This document shows, one piece after another, positions 18,109-26,972 of a stretch of DNA of 64,000 nucleotides. Numbering within the stretch: position 1 is the stretch's first letter; every line of letters starts with the position of its first letter. The notes under the pieces are model-generated. The model saw only the letters and a program-made list of their open reading frames with translations. It was not told the origin of the DNA and did no database searches. This stretch comes from Anaerolineaceae bacterium (GTDB lineage: Bacteria > Chloroflexota > Anaerolineae > Anaerolineales > Anaerolineaceae), in NCBI GenBank assembly GCA_034429975.1, contig DAOUFM010000118.1, positions 18,570 through 82,569 of the forward strand, read 5' to 3'. The translations under genes and the position numbers were made by a program.

Positions 18109-19653
18109 ATGGAGCGAATCCATATGAACCTGTACAAAGAAATTATCTATCGATTAAGATCGGGAGAGAGTGAACGAAATATCACCAGAGACCTGGGCAT
18201 CAGTAGACCAACCATTCACAAATACAAACAAAAAGCAGAAGAAGCGGGCTATCTGAATAAAGAACGAGAACTTCCGAGAGTAGAAGAATTAGACGCAAAG
18301 TTAGGACCAGCGCCACGCCCTCCGCGAATTACCAGCACGGTAGAAAAACATCATGAAATAGTAAAAAAGTATCATGAGCAAGGTCTGCAGATGACAGTGA
18401 TTTATCAGCGATTACAAGAGAACTACGGATATGAGGGCAGCTATTCATCCATTAGACGCTATGTAAAACACTTGGAACCTGACAAAAAAGAAGTTTTTGT
18501 GCGCGTACACAGTGAGCCGGGTGTAGAAATGCAGGTAGATTTCGGCAGCATCGGTCAAATCTACGATCCAAAAAGCGGAAGGATAAGAACTGGCTATGTA
18601 TTTGTTGCAACCCTGAGTTATAGTCGACACCAATATGCAGAAATCGTGTGTGATCAAAAAATCAATACCTGGTTAGGATTACATCAACGCGCTTTTGCCT
18701 TTTTTGGTGGCGTGCCAGGTCGGGTAGTGCTGGATAATATAAAAGCAGGTGTGATAAAAAGCCTGGTCATTGATCCTATCATCGGAGAAGCCTACCGAAA
18801 ACTAGCCCAGCATTACAATTTTCTCATCAGTCCCAACCGTCCCAGAACACCACGCCATAAAGGAAAAGTGGAAAATGGAGTAAATTATGTTAAGCGGAAC
18901 TTCTTTGCTGGACAAGAGTTCGTAGATATAACCTGTGCCAATCAGCACCTGAAAAGCTGGGTACTGAACACCGCTGGTGTACGTAATCACGGCACCACGC
19001 GCCAGGCACCCTTGAAACTGTTTCAGGAAAATGAGAAAGAAACACTACAGAGACTACCTGTTGAAGCCTTTGATCTGTATGAAATCCGAATTGCTAAAGT
19101 ACATAATGATTGCCATATTGTTGTAGATGGTAGTTATTATTCTGTACCCTACAAATGGGTAGGCTCAGAGGTGGAAGTCCATATTCGCAAACATACACTT
19201 GAAATATATGCTCAGCAAGAACTCCTGCGAACCCATGTAAGATCTTGCCAAAAAGGACAATGGCAAACCGAAATGACAGATTATCCGCCGTACAAGGCTC
19301 AATATCTTCTAAAGACACCTCAATATTGTCTCAAAATAGCATTGTGTGTGGGACCAAATACACATCAGGTCGTTGAACATCTATTAGCAGATCGTCCACT
19401 AGACCGTCTACGTTCCGTTCAAGCTATTTTAAGATTAGCTGAAAGTGTTGGTGAAAAACGTTTAGAAGGTGCTTGTGCACGGGCAATTTATTTCGGTATT
19501 CCGACTTATCGGCATATTAAAGACATTCTCAATGCAGCACTGGATCGGGAACCACTCCCGGAGGTGGTCTCCTCTAAACCCAATCAGCAACCCTTTGCTT
19601 TCTCTAGAGCACCCCAGGAATTCTTTGGATTACCAAAGGAGGAAACACAATGA
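18109..19653 (+). CDS. istA: IS21-family transposase IstA
   Basis: N-terminal HTH (ITRDLGISRPTIHKYKQ) plus a DDE/rve core. ATG 18109 follows AGGGAGAG. The track's start at 18004 lies inside the terminal repeats. Confidence 0.9.
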   Translation: MERIHMNLYKEIIYRLRSGESERNITRDLGISRPTIHKYKQKAEEAGYLNKERELPRVEELDAKLGPAPRPPRITSTVEKHHEIVKKYHEQGLQMTVIYQRLQENYGYEGSYSSIRRYVKHLEPDKKEVFVRVHSEPGVEMQVDFGSIGQIYDPKSGRIRTGYVFVATLSYSRHQYAEIVCDQKINTWLGLHQRAFAFFGGVPGRVVLDNIKAGVIKSLVIDPIIGEAYRKLAQHYNFLISPNRPRTPRHKGKVENGVNYVKRNFFAGQEFVDITCANQHLKSWVLNTAGVRNHGTTRQAPLKLFQENEKETLQRLPVEAFDLYEIRIAKVHNDCHIVVDGSYYSVPYKWVGSEVEVHIRKHTLEIYAQQELLRTHVRSCQKGQWQTEMTDYPPYKAQYLLKTPQYCLKIALCVGPNTHQVVEHLLADRPLDRLRSVQAILRLAESVGEKRLEGACARAIYFGIPTYRHIKDILNAALDREPLPEVVSSKPNQQPFAFSRAPQEFFGLPKEETQ

Positions 19654-20411
19654 TTGCAACCCACCCTTTACTTCCAAAACTTAAACAACTGAAACTTTCC
19701 GGTATGCTCAACACTCTCGAGTTGCGCGCTGAACAGGCAGCTCAGGAACAGCTTTCTCCTTTGGATTTCTTTGCCCTCCTGCTGGATGATGAACTGGAGC
19801 GTCGGGAACAGAATCGCATGACTTACCGGTTGGCGATCTCCGGGTGTAATCCAGCTAAAACACTTTCTCTATTCGATTTCACTGCAGCTTCTGGAGTGAG
19901 CCGCTCCTTTATCACCGATTTGGCTACCTGTGCTTTTATCCAACGTCATGAAAATGTTTTCTTCTGCGGTCCCACCGGGTTAGGGAAAACCCATCTGGCG
20001 AATGCTTTGGGAATTGAGGCTTTGAAACGTAATTTTCGCGTGATCTCCAAACCAACATTCCGCTTATTATCTGACCTGAATGCTTCCAGGGCTACTGGCT
20101 CCTACAATCGCCAGATGGCTTCCGTCCTGCATTGTGATTTACTCATTCTGGATGATTTTGGACTACAAGCCTTATCGCCTGTGGCTGTTCAGGACCTCTA
20201 TGAGATTATTTGTGAACGTTATGAAAACGGTTCTATCCTGATTACTTCTAATCGTGCTTTTGAGGAATGGGCTGAGGTCTTTGGTAACGATTTATTGTCT
20301 TCGGCTGCTTTAGATCGTTTAACCCATCATGCTCATTCCCTGGTGATCCAAGGCGAAAGTTACCGCCAACGTTCTCGAAGAAAGGAGGCTTTATTGAAGG
20401 CTAAATCTTGA
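19650..20411 (+). CDS. istB: IS21 helper ATPase IstB
   Basis: Walker A GPTGLGKTHLA and Walker B LLILDDFG. ATGA overlap with istA. Confidence 0.92.
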   Translation: MIATHPLLPKLKQLKLSGMLNTLELRAEQAAQEQLSPLDFFALLLDDELERREQNRMTYRLAISGCNPAKTLSLFDFTAASGVSRSFITDLATCAFIQRHENVFFCGPTGLGKTHLANALGIEALKRNFRVISKPTFRLLSDLNASRATGSYNRQMASVLHCDLLILDDFGLQALSPVAVQDLYEIICERYENGSILITSNRAFEEWAEVFGNDLLSSAALDRLTHHAHSLVIQGESYRQRSRRKEALLKAKS

Positions 20412-20502
20412 CCTTGAGTTGTTTATTTTGGTAAATATCCATCCGATCTTGGTGGTAAACATGACCCGACTTTTGGTGGTAAACTCCCTCCGGCTATTGA
20501 CA

Positions 20503-20508
20503 TACGAC
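20503..20508. repeat. Right 6-bp target-site duplication (TACGAC)
   Basis: See the left copy at 17957-17962. Confidence 0.8.
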
Positions 20509-20682
20509 TCTTTTTTTGGCCTGTAAAACGATTCTCCCGCTCCATTTCCAAGCACAAAAATAATGTCCCAAGCCACCCCTCTCAGGACACCTTCTTCTCA
20601 TTCATCAGACAAAGACTATTTCTTTCCGCTTATATTAACTTTTTATCTCTGGAATTAATCCACAAGAATTTACCTTTAGCCC

Positions 20683-20823
20683 TTCGCCTCTGCCCTCGCA
20701 CAGCGGGGGTTCGCCCCTGCCCTCGCACAGCGGGGGTTCGCCTCTGCCCTCGCACAGCGGGGGTTCGCCCCTGCCCTCGCACAGCGGGGGTTCGCCCCTG
20801 CCCTCGCACAGCGGGGGTTCGCC
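20683..20823. repeat. 5.2 tandem copies of a 27-nt GC-rich unit, each holding a 7-bp hairpin
   Basis: The unit ttcgcc(t/c)ctgccctcgcacagcggggg occurs head-to-tail with no spacers. CCCTCGC-ACA-GCGGGGG is self-complementary (one G-U pair). The array abuts the aminotransferase stop codon. Confidence 0.95.
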
Positions 20824-21986
20824 TACACCCTATTCACAAACCGCTCAATCCGTGTCAAAGCCCGTTCCAACTTCTCATACGATGCAGCGTAAGAGACCCG
20901 GCAGAATCCTGCCCCACCAGCCCCAAACGCAGATCCTGGAACAATCGCGACACGTTCTTCATGCAGCAGACGTTCGGCGAATTCTTCATCACTCAAACCT
21001 GTCACGCTCACTTTCGGGAAAGCATAGAAAGCGCCTTTCGGCTCGAAAGTGGTCAAACCCATGCGATTAAACTCTGCCACCACAAATTTGCGCCGGCGAT
21101 CGTATTCTTCTACCATCATCTGCACGGCTTCATCCACATCCGCCAAAGCTTCCACAGCAGCAATCTGGGCAATCGTTGGGGAAGACATGACCGTATACTG
21201 GTGAACACGCACCAACCCGCCAATCAACGCAGCCGGTCCTAATGCATAACCAATCCGCCAGCCGGTCATGGCATAATCTTTCGAGAAACCGCCCAACAAT
21301 AATGTTCTTTCTTTCATTCCGGGTAGTGTGGGGAAACAGACATGTTGATGATCACCATAAACCAGGCGATCGTAGATCTCATCTGAAATGACAATCAGGT
21401 CGTGTTTTTCCGCAATCCGCCCAATTTCCTCCAACTTTTCTCTCGTGGCGACGGCTCCGGTGGGGTTATTCGGGAAACCCAGCAGAATCGCCCGGGTGCG
21501 CGGGGTGATGGCAGCTTCAATGGCAGCCGGATCCACATCAAAATTATCCTCGAGACGGCAGGGAATCTCAACCGGAACACCATCCGCCAGCTCCACTTGT
21601 GCCTGATAGGAGACAAAACAAGGCGTTGGGATGATAACTTCATCACCGGAATTGATTAAAGCTGTTGCCGCCAGGTACAAAGCCTCCGAACCTCCAACCG
21701 TGATGAGGGCCTCACTTTTTGGATCATATTGAACGCCGTAGAGCATGTTCAAATGTGCGGTTAGCTTTTCTCGTAGCTCAATTAACCCAGCATTGGATGT
21801 GTAATGGGTATGCCCTTCCTGCAGGGCACGGATTCCTGCCTGAATCACACTGGGCGGGGAATCGAAATCGGGTTCACCAATTCCCAGAGAAATTACATTT
21901 TCCATGGTGGCGGCGATGTCAAAGAATTTTCGAATGCCGGATGGTTTTAAACCTGCAACCCGGTTTGAGAGATACGATTTCGTCAT
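20823..21986 (-). CDS. PLP-dependent aminotransferase, class I/II (AspC-like)
   Basis: 387 aa. FSKDYAMTGWRIGY contains the PLP-lysine motif and NNPTG is present. Confidence 0.9.
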   Translation of the reverse strand: MTKSYLSNRVAGLKPSGIRKFFDIAATMENVISLGIGEPDFDSPPSVIQAGIRALQEGHTHYTSNAGLIELREKLTAHLNMLYGVQYDPKSEALITVGGSEALYLAATALINSGDEVIIPTPCFVSYQAQVELADGVPVEIPCRLEDNFDVDPAAIEAAITPRTRAILLGFPNNPTGAVATREKLEEIGRIAEKHDLIVISDEIYDRLVYGDHQHVCFPTLPGMKERTLLLGGFSKDYAMTGWRIGYALGPAALIGGLVRVHQYTVMSSPTIAQIAAVEALADVDEAVQMMVEEYDRRRKFVVAEFNRMGLTTFEPKGAFYAFPKVSVTGLSDEEFAERLLHEERVAIVPGSAFGAGGAGFCRVSYAASYEKLERALTRIERFVNRV

Positions 21987-22023
21987 GAGATCTCCTTATA
22001 AATGATTAAATAAAAATTATTAA

Positions 22024-23034
22024 TTAGCGAATTGAAGAAGAATTATCACCCAGACTTAATTGGGTGGTCTGACCGTGTACCTGAACCTGGCGTCCCAAAA
22101 TAGATTCTTCCAGTATGGATTTGCAGACCTCTACATCGCTTTCTAAAATGCAATTCTGTAGGATTGCGTTTTCGATCCTGCAATTTTCTCCGATGGATAC
22201 ATTTGGGCCGATCACAGAAGATTTAATAACAGCGCTGGGATGAATGTTCACCGGCGGGATGATAGCGACATGCTCACTCTGGCAAACTCCATCATTAGCA
22301 TGACCATTTTCCAGCAAATAGCGATTGGTTTCCAATACGGCTGCCGGAATGCCAGCATCCAGCCAGACGTCAATCCGCTGAGCTTTCATGTAAATACCTT
22401 TTTCCAGCATTAAATTAACCGCATCTGCCAAAAAGTATTCATTTTTCAAAGTGATTTTTCGTTGCATTTGCTCAACAATGGCTTGCATTAACTGACTGCC
22501 ATCGGCAAAGTAATAGAAACCTACCATCACGAGATTATTTTCCAGAGTCTGCGGTTTTTCTACCAGCTTTACCACCGAATCATCCTCTCGCACAACTGCC
22601 ACCCCAAAGCGCCGGGGATCTGGCACTGGTTTGACCCACACCGCTGATTGCAGCGTTGGGTCTTCCAGCATGGAAAGTTCGGTTTCTATTAATGTATCTG
22701 AAAAAGCCATCAGCATCGGGTGGCCAACAAGATATTCCCGTGCCTGATAGAGCGCATGTGATTGTCCACGCATATCGGTTTGCAGCACAAAACGATAAGA
22801 CAACTCCGGATAATATTTTTTTAAATGAGCTTCAACCTGTTCCTGCTGATTTGGGCCGACAATAAAAATGAATTCTGGTTCAAATGATTTGGGCAGTCCA
22901 TCAAATTGTCCCAGCACATAATCAAAAAAAGTTTTCCCAGCCATTGCGATGAGCGGTTTCGGCTTGCTCCAGGTATGGGGGCGCATGCGCGAACCTAAAC
23001 CAGCCATGGGGATGGCAATCTTTATTTTTGTCAA
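22024..23034 (-). CDS. Sugar-phosphate nucleotidyltransferase with a C-terminal left-handed beta-helix
   Basis: N-terminal IPMAGLGSRMRPHTWSKPKPL (G-x-G-x-R loop). C-terminal hexapeptide-like repeats (VIGPNVSIGENCRIENAIL). TTG start. Confidence 0.8.
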   Translation of the reverse strand: MTKIKIAIPMAGLGSRMRPHTWSKPKPLIAMAGKTFFDYVLGQFDGLPKSFEPEFIFIVGPNQQEQVEAHLKKYYPELSYRFVLQTDMRGQSHALYQAREYLVGHPMLMAFSDTLIETELSMLEDPTLQSAVWVKPVPDPRRFGVAVVREDDSVVKLVEKPQTLENNLVMVGFYYFADGSQLMQAIVEQMQRKITLKNEYFLADAVNLMLEKGIYMKAQRIDVWLDAGIPAAVLETNRYLLENGHANDGVCQSEHVAIIPPVNIHPSAVIKSSVIGPNVSIGENCRIENAILQNCILESDVEVCKSILEESILGRQVQVHGQTTQLSLGDNSSSIR

Positions 23035-23347
23035 AAGCTCCTCCCAGAGTTAAGTATACAGTTATTTTATCAAAGGAAACCCTTTCAATGCTATGGTATC
23101 TTCTCCATAATTGATATTATTTTCGTAATAAAAATCAAGAAGCGCTGAACAGCTCCAACCAGCCAGTCGGGCTAACGATTATTGATTTTTCACTTATCTC
23201 CCTGGTTCCCGAACAAATAAAAGAAATGAACGGGGCACAATAAGGTTGGCGCATGTGCCAATTCCAAAGGGTTAATCCTTTTAAATTCTGTTTGATTTCA
23301 TAAAACAAATCCGGTATATTTATTTTTAGAGAAAGAGGGATTAATCG

Positions 23348-23959
23348 ATGACGATTGAAACTTTTTTGAACGATCCACTGAATAGCTACCTCTTATATCA
23401 TCCTGCAGAACGGGAAGATATATTAATTGCCGCGCCCCATCATGCCCCAGTAAATGTGCCCACTCTGCCGTGTGAAACACATCCTGTATCCGACGAAAAC
23501 ACCGGCTGGATTGCCTATCATTTATCCCGGAAGCTGAGTTGCGGTTGTCTAATCGCCGGCAACTACTTTCTTGACCCCAATAAGCATCGCACGACGGATT
23601 ATTATAAAAAGATAGAAGCATTGCAACCAAAAATATTGATCGAAATCCATGCCCAGGGTAGTGGCGCTGCCAATTTCGACATTGAGATTTCCTGCGGCTC
23701 GCGCGAAAAATCCCACTTATCACAAAAAATGGCAGATGAATTGACTTTGGCCTTCGCACATGATTCGAACATGAGCACTTACAGAATCAGCGGGGATTTT
23801 GATGCCATCCATTTTAAGGCAACCAAATCCGTAACGATTAATACCAACGAATGGATCGCTTTTCATATTGAACTGCCACAAAAACTGCGGGAAAACAAAG
23901 AACAATATTTAACATTTTGCGAGGAGCTAGGGAATCTGCTCCTTCAGGGTCTCATTTAA
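23348..23959 (+). CDS. Hypothetical protein, possibly of the N-formylglutamate amidohydrolase (FGase) superfamily
   Basis: 203 aa. ILIAAPHH...FLDPNKH...ILIEIHAQGS loosely resemble FGase-family motifs. GAGGGA SD. Confidence 0.5.
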   Translation: MTIETFLNDPLNSYLLYHPAEREDILIAAPHHAPVNVPTLPCETHPVSDENTGWIAYHLSRKLSCGCLIAGNYFLDPNKHRTTDYYKKIEALQPKILIEIHAQGSGAANFDIEISCGSREKSHLSQKMADELTLAFAHDSNMSTYRISGDFDAIHFKATKSVTINTNEWIAFHIELPQKLRENKEQYLTFCEELGNLLLQGLI

Positions 23960-24032
23960 AAATTATGACAATAATTGACTAGACAAGTTTTCACCTTGGG
24001 TATAAAATTCTTTTTTCTTTCATTTTCCCGAG

Positions 24033-26972
24033 GTGCCAATGAATTCTTCCGCCAATCGTTATCTTTACCGGTTCGTCGTTACTCCTTCTCTTTCTGCCGA
24101 TCCACGTTCACAGAATTTCTTGTGCGAAGCGCATCGCCTGGGTTTCCCGCAAATCAATTCTCTGCAGGTCTCTGATTTATATTTTCTGCGCGGTAACATT
24201 CCCGCTTCAGATCTGGAAAAAATCACAAATCAAATCCTGGCGGATCCGGTGAGCTGTCATGTTGAATTTCAGCAATTAAATCTACCGGAAGCTTCTCCTA
24301 TTCCTGATTCCAGCAATACGTATCAAGTCGAGGTGGTCTTTCGCCCGGGTGTCACTGACCCGGCAGCGGAGGAATTCCTGCGAGCCGCCCAAATGCTCAC
24401 TGCTTATCAGGCGGATGCGGCTGTCAGCGGGCTGCGTTTTGTCATTCAGGGGAAAGATCTGACCGCTGATGGCATTCACCTCCTGGCGAAACGATTGCTC
24501 GCCAATGCTGTGATCCAAACTTACGCATTGGGCACTATCACCCCCGGCTTTACGCAGGAAAACCCGGCATCTGGCAAGGTCGAACGCATCGATCTTATCT
24601 CCATGAACTCAGAAGAATTGCTGCAGCTTTCTCTGGAGCGACGTGCAGCCTTAAATCTGGAAGAAATGCTCGCCATCCAGGTTTACTGCCAGCAGGAGCA
24701 GCGCCAACTCACCGATGTGGAGTTCGAAATGATCGCCCAGACCTGGAGTGAACACTGCGTCCACAAGACTTTTAAATCGGTGGTCGAGGTGCACAATCCG
24801 GACAAGCAGGACCAACGTTTCCCTGAACACTATACGCATCTCTTTAATCAAACCATCCGGGCCGCTACCGAAAAGCTTAACAAACCCTGGGTACTCTCCG
24901 CCTTCCGCGACAACGCTGGAATTATCGCCTTTGGTGAACAGCATGAACTCTCATTTAAGGTAGAGACCCATAACCATCCTTCAGCCATTGAACCTTTTGG
25001 CGGGGCGAACACGGGCGTAGGTGGTGTCATTCGCGATGTGATGGGTGTCTCTGCCCGGCCAATCGCGGTCACCGACATCCTTTGTGTCGGACCACAGGAT
25101 CAACCCTTTGAGCAAATCCCGGAAGGAACGCTGCATCCCCGCCGCATTGCCACCCAGGCCGCGTTGGGAGTGCAGGATTACAGCAATAAGATCGGCGTCC
25201 CGACAGTCAACGGAGCTATTTATTACGACCCGGGTTATACCGCCAATCCGCTGGTGTTCTGTGGTTGTGTCGGGCTGGCCCCCCGCAATTCACACTCGCG
25301 TGCCAACCAACCCGGTGATCATGTCGTTGTATTAGGCGCTAAAACCGGCCGCGATGGACTCCGGGGTGCGACTTTTTCCTCGATGGCAATGGACGCTCAA
25401 ACCGGGGAAGTGGTTGGTGCCTCCGTACAAATTGGCGATCCAATCGTAGAAAAAGGATTGGTGGACGTCCTGCAGATTGCCCGCGATCAGCAACTCTATA
25501 CCGCCATCACCGATTGTGGGGCGGGTGGTTATGCCTCGGCAGTGGGCGAAATGGCCAGCGAATGCGGCGCAATCGTTCAACTGGCGGATGTAACCCTCAA
25601 ATACCCTGGACTGGAGCCCTGGGAAATCTGGCTTTCAGAATCACAGGAACGCATGGTCATTGCTGTACCACCTCAAAATCTGGCTTCTTTACAGTCGCTA
25701 TGTGAAAAATTCTCGGTGGATATGATCACCATCGGGCAATTCAACGCCAGCGGGCGCATCCAGGTGTATTTTCACGCTGAATTGGTGCTCGATCTGGATA
25801 ATCAATTTCTGTATCACGGGTTGCCACAACGCAAGCTGCTTGCTGAGATTCGCCCATCCGTTTACAAGCCCGGCTGGGTTAACCCTGAAAACATCTTCCC
25901 AATAGAAGGAGTACAAAGCACATTATTGGCACTGCTGGCTCATCCAAATATCACCTCGAAAGAAAGCGTCATCCGCTTATATGATTATGAAGTCCAGGGC
26001 AGCACCGTACTCAAGCCTCTATGCGGAGTGCTGGATGATGGCCCAGCGGATGGCTGTCTGCTCAAACCCCTGACCTTGCCGGGCGACGAAGCCTTTGTAC
26101 TCAGCCTGGCGATGAACCCTGAATATGGTAAACTCGATCCCTACCAGATGACCTTGCATGCCATTGATGAAGCCATTCGCAACGCAGTCTGTTGTGGCGC
26201 AGACCCTGAAAAGATTGCCATTCTGGATAATTTCTGCTGGGGTGACCCCACCCGCCCGGAAACAATGGGCGATCTCGTTCAGGCAGCACAAGCCTGTTAT
26301 GACGGCGCCCTGCGTTATGGCACTCCGTATATCAGCGGAAAAGATTCATTCAACAATGAATATCTCGGTTCGGATGGGTTGCGGCATGCCATTCCGGCTA
26401 CCTTGTTGATCTCTGCGATCGGCATCATCCCGGATTGGCGCCTGGCAATGACCAGCGCCGTAAAGCAGCCAGGCAATCTTCTTTATCTGGTGGGGCACTT
26501 CGACCCTCGTTTTGGCGGCAGCCATCACAACCTTATTCCGGGAATTCCCAATATTCCAGAGGGGTTACCTGTCTGCCACCCGCATGCTCCGCAAATTTAC
26601 CAGCGCATCTATCAGGCCAATCAAGCCGGTTGGGTTCAATCCGCTCATGATTTAAGTGAAGGTGGGCTGGCTGTAGCCGCTGCTGAAATGGCCATTGGTG
26701 GGCGCCATGGGTTGCGTCTCTGGTTAAACGATGAGCAAGCCTACCGTGAAGCTTTCGGTGAGACTGCTGGCTGTATCCTTCTGGAGGTAGCACCTAAAGA
26801 TCAGATCTCTTTCCAGAACCATTTCATCGGGTTACCCCTGCGTCAGATTGGTGAGGTCCTAACAGAACCACAATTTGAAATACTTTCCGGAAACCAATCC
26901 TGGCTATCTATCCAACTGGAACGTCTGGTGCAGGCCTGGAAATACCAAAACACTGAGGAGGTGCAGTCATGA
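24033..26972 (+). CDS. purL: FGAM synthase subunit PurL with two N-terminal PurS-like repeats fused on (PurS-PurS-PurL)
   Basis: 979 aa. WSEHCVHKTF sits at about residue 245, versus about 50 in a small PurL as I remember the B. subtilis protein. The N-terminal extension carries two PurS-like units ending ILADPVSCHVEF and RLLANAVIQTYAL. Confidence 0.9.
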   Translation: MPMNSSANRYLYRFVVTPSLSADPRSQNFLCEAHRLGFPQINSLQVSDLYFLRGNIPASDLEKITNQILADPVSCHVEFQQLNLPEASPIPDSSNTYQVEVVFRPGVTDPAAEEFLRAAQMLTAYQADAAVSGLRFVIQGKDLTADGIHLLAKRLLANAVIQTYALGTITPGFTQENPASGKVERIDLISMNSEELLQLSLERRAALNLEEMLAIQVYCQQEQRQLTDVEFEMIAQTWSEHCVHKTFKSVVEVHNPDKQDQRFPEHYTHLFNQTIRAATEKLNKPWVLSAFRDNAGIIAFGEQHELSFKVETHNHPSAIEPFGGANTGVGGVIRDVMGVSARPIAVTDILCVGPQDQPFEQIPEGTLHPRRIATQAALGVQDYSNKIGVPTVNGAIYYDPGYTANPLVFCGCVGLAPRNSHSRANQPGDHVVVLGAKTGRDGLRGATFSSMAMDAQTGEVVGASVQIGDPIVEKGLVDVLQIARDQQLYTAITDCGAGGYASAVGEMASECGAIVQLADVTLKYPGLEPWEIWLSESQERMVIAVPPQNLASLQSLCEKFSVDMITIGQFNASGRIQVYFHAELVLDLDNQFLYHGLPQRKLLAEIRPSVYKPGWVNPENIFPIEGVQSTLLALLAHPNITSKESVIRLYDYEVQGSTVLKPLCGVLDDGPADGCLLKPLTLPGDEAFVLSLAMNPEYGKLDPYQMTLHAIDEAIRNAVCCGADPEKIAILDNFCWGDPTRPETMGDLVQAAQACYDGALRYGTPYISGKDSFNNEYLGSDGLRHAIPATLLISAIGIIPDWRLAMTSAVKQPGNLLYLVGHFDPRFGGSHHNLIPGIPNIPEGLPVCHPHAPQIYQRIYQANQAGWVQSAHDLSEGGLAVAAAEMAIGGRHGLRLWLNDEQAYREAFGETAGCILLEVAPKDQISFQNHFIGLPLRQIGEVLTEPQFEILSGNQSWLSIQLERLVQAWKYQNTEEVQS

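Larger units (their letters stand above)
17963..20502 (+). mobile_element. IS21-family insertion sequence (2540 bp), apparently intact
   Basis: Terminal IRs: TGTCACTGACCGGGGTAGACTTTACCA on the left, and reverse-complemented TGTCAATAGCCGGAGGGAGTTTACCA on the right. GTTTACC-containing subterminal repeats occur 3-4x on the left and 3x on the right. Carries overlapping istA-istB and is flanked by TSDs. Confidence 0.92.

Noticed and set aside
20683-20823. Possible CRISPR array (regular GC-rich partly palindromic 27-nt repeats)
   Set aside because: The units are directly head-to-tail with no spacers, and no cas genes are nearby. It is a simple tandem repeat.
23240-23262. Sigma54-type promoter or NFI-like palindrome TTGGCGCATGTGCCAA
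   Set aside because: The reverse strand gives TGGCAC-N5-CCAA, which lacks the TTGC -12 element. It is an isolated imperfect palindrome of unclear meaning.
23960-24038. Purine, ZTP or other riboswitch in front of the pur operon
   Set aside because: The leader is short (under 80 nt) and contains none of the conserved purine or ZTP motifs I could recall.
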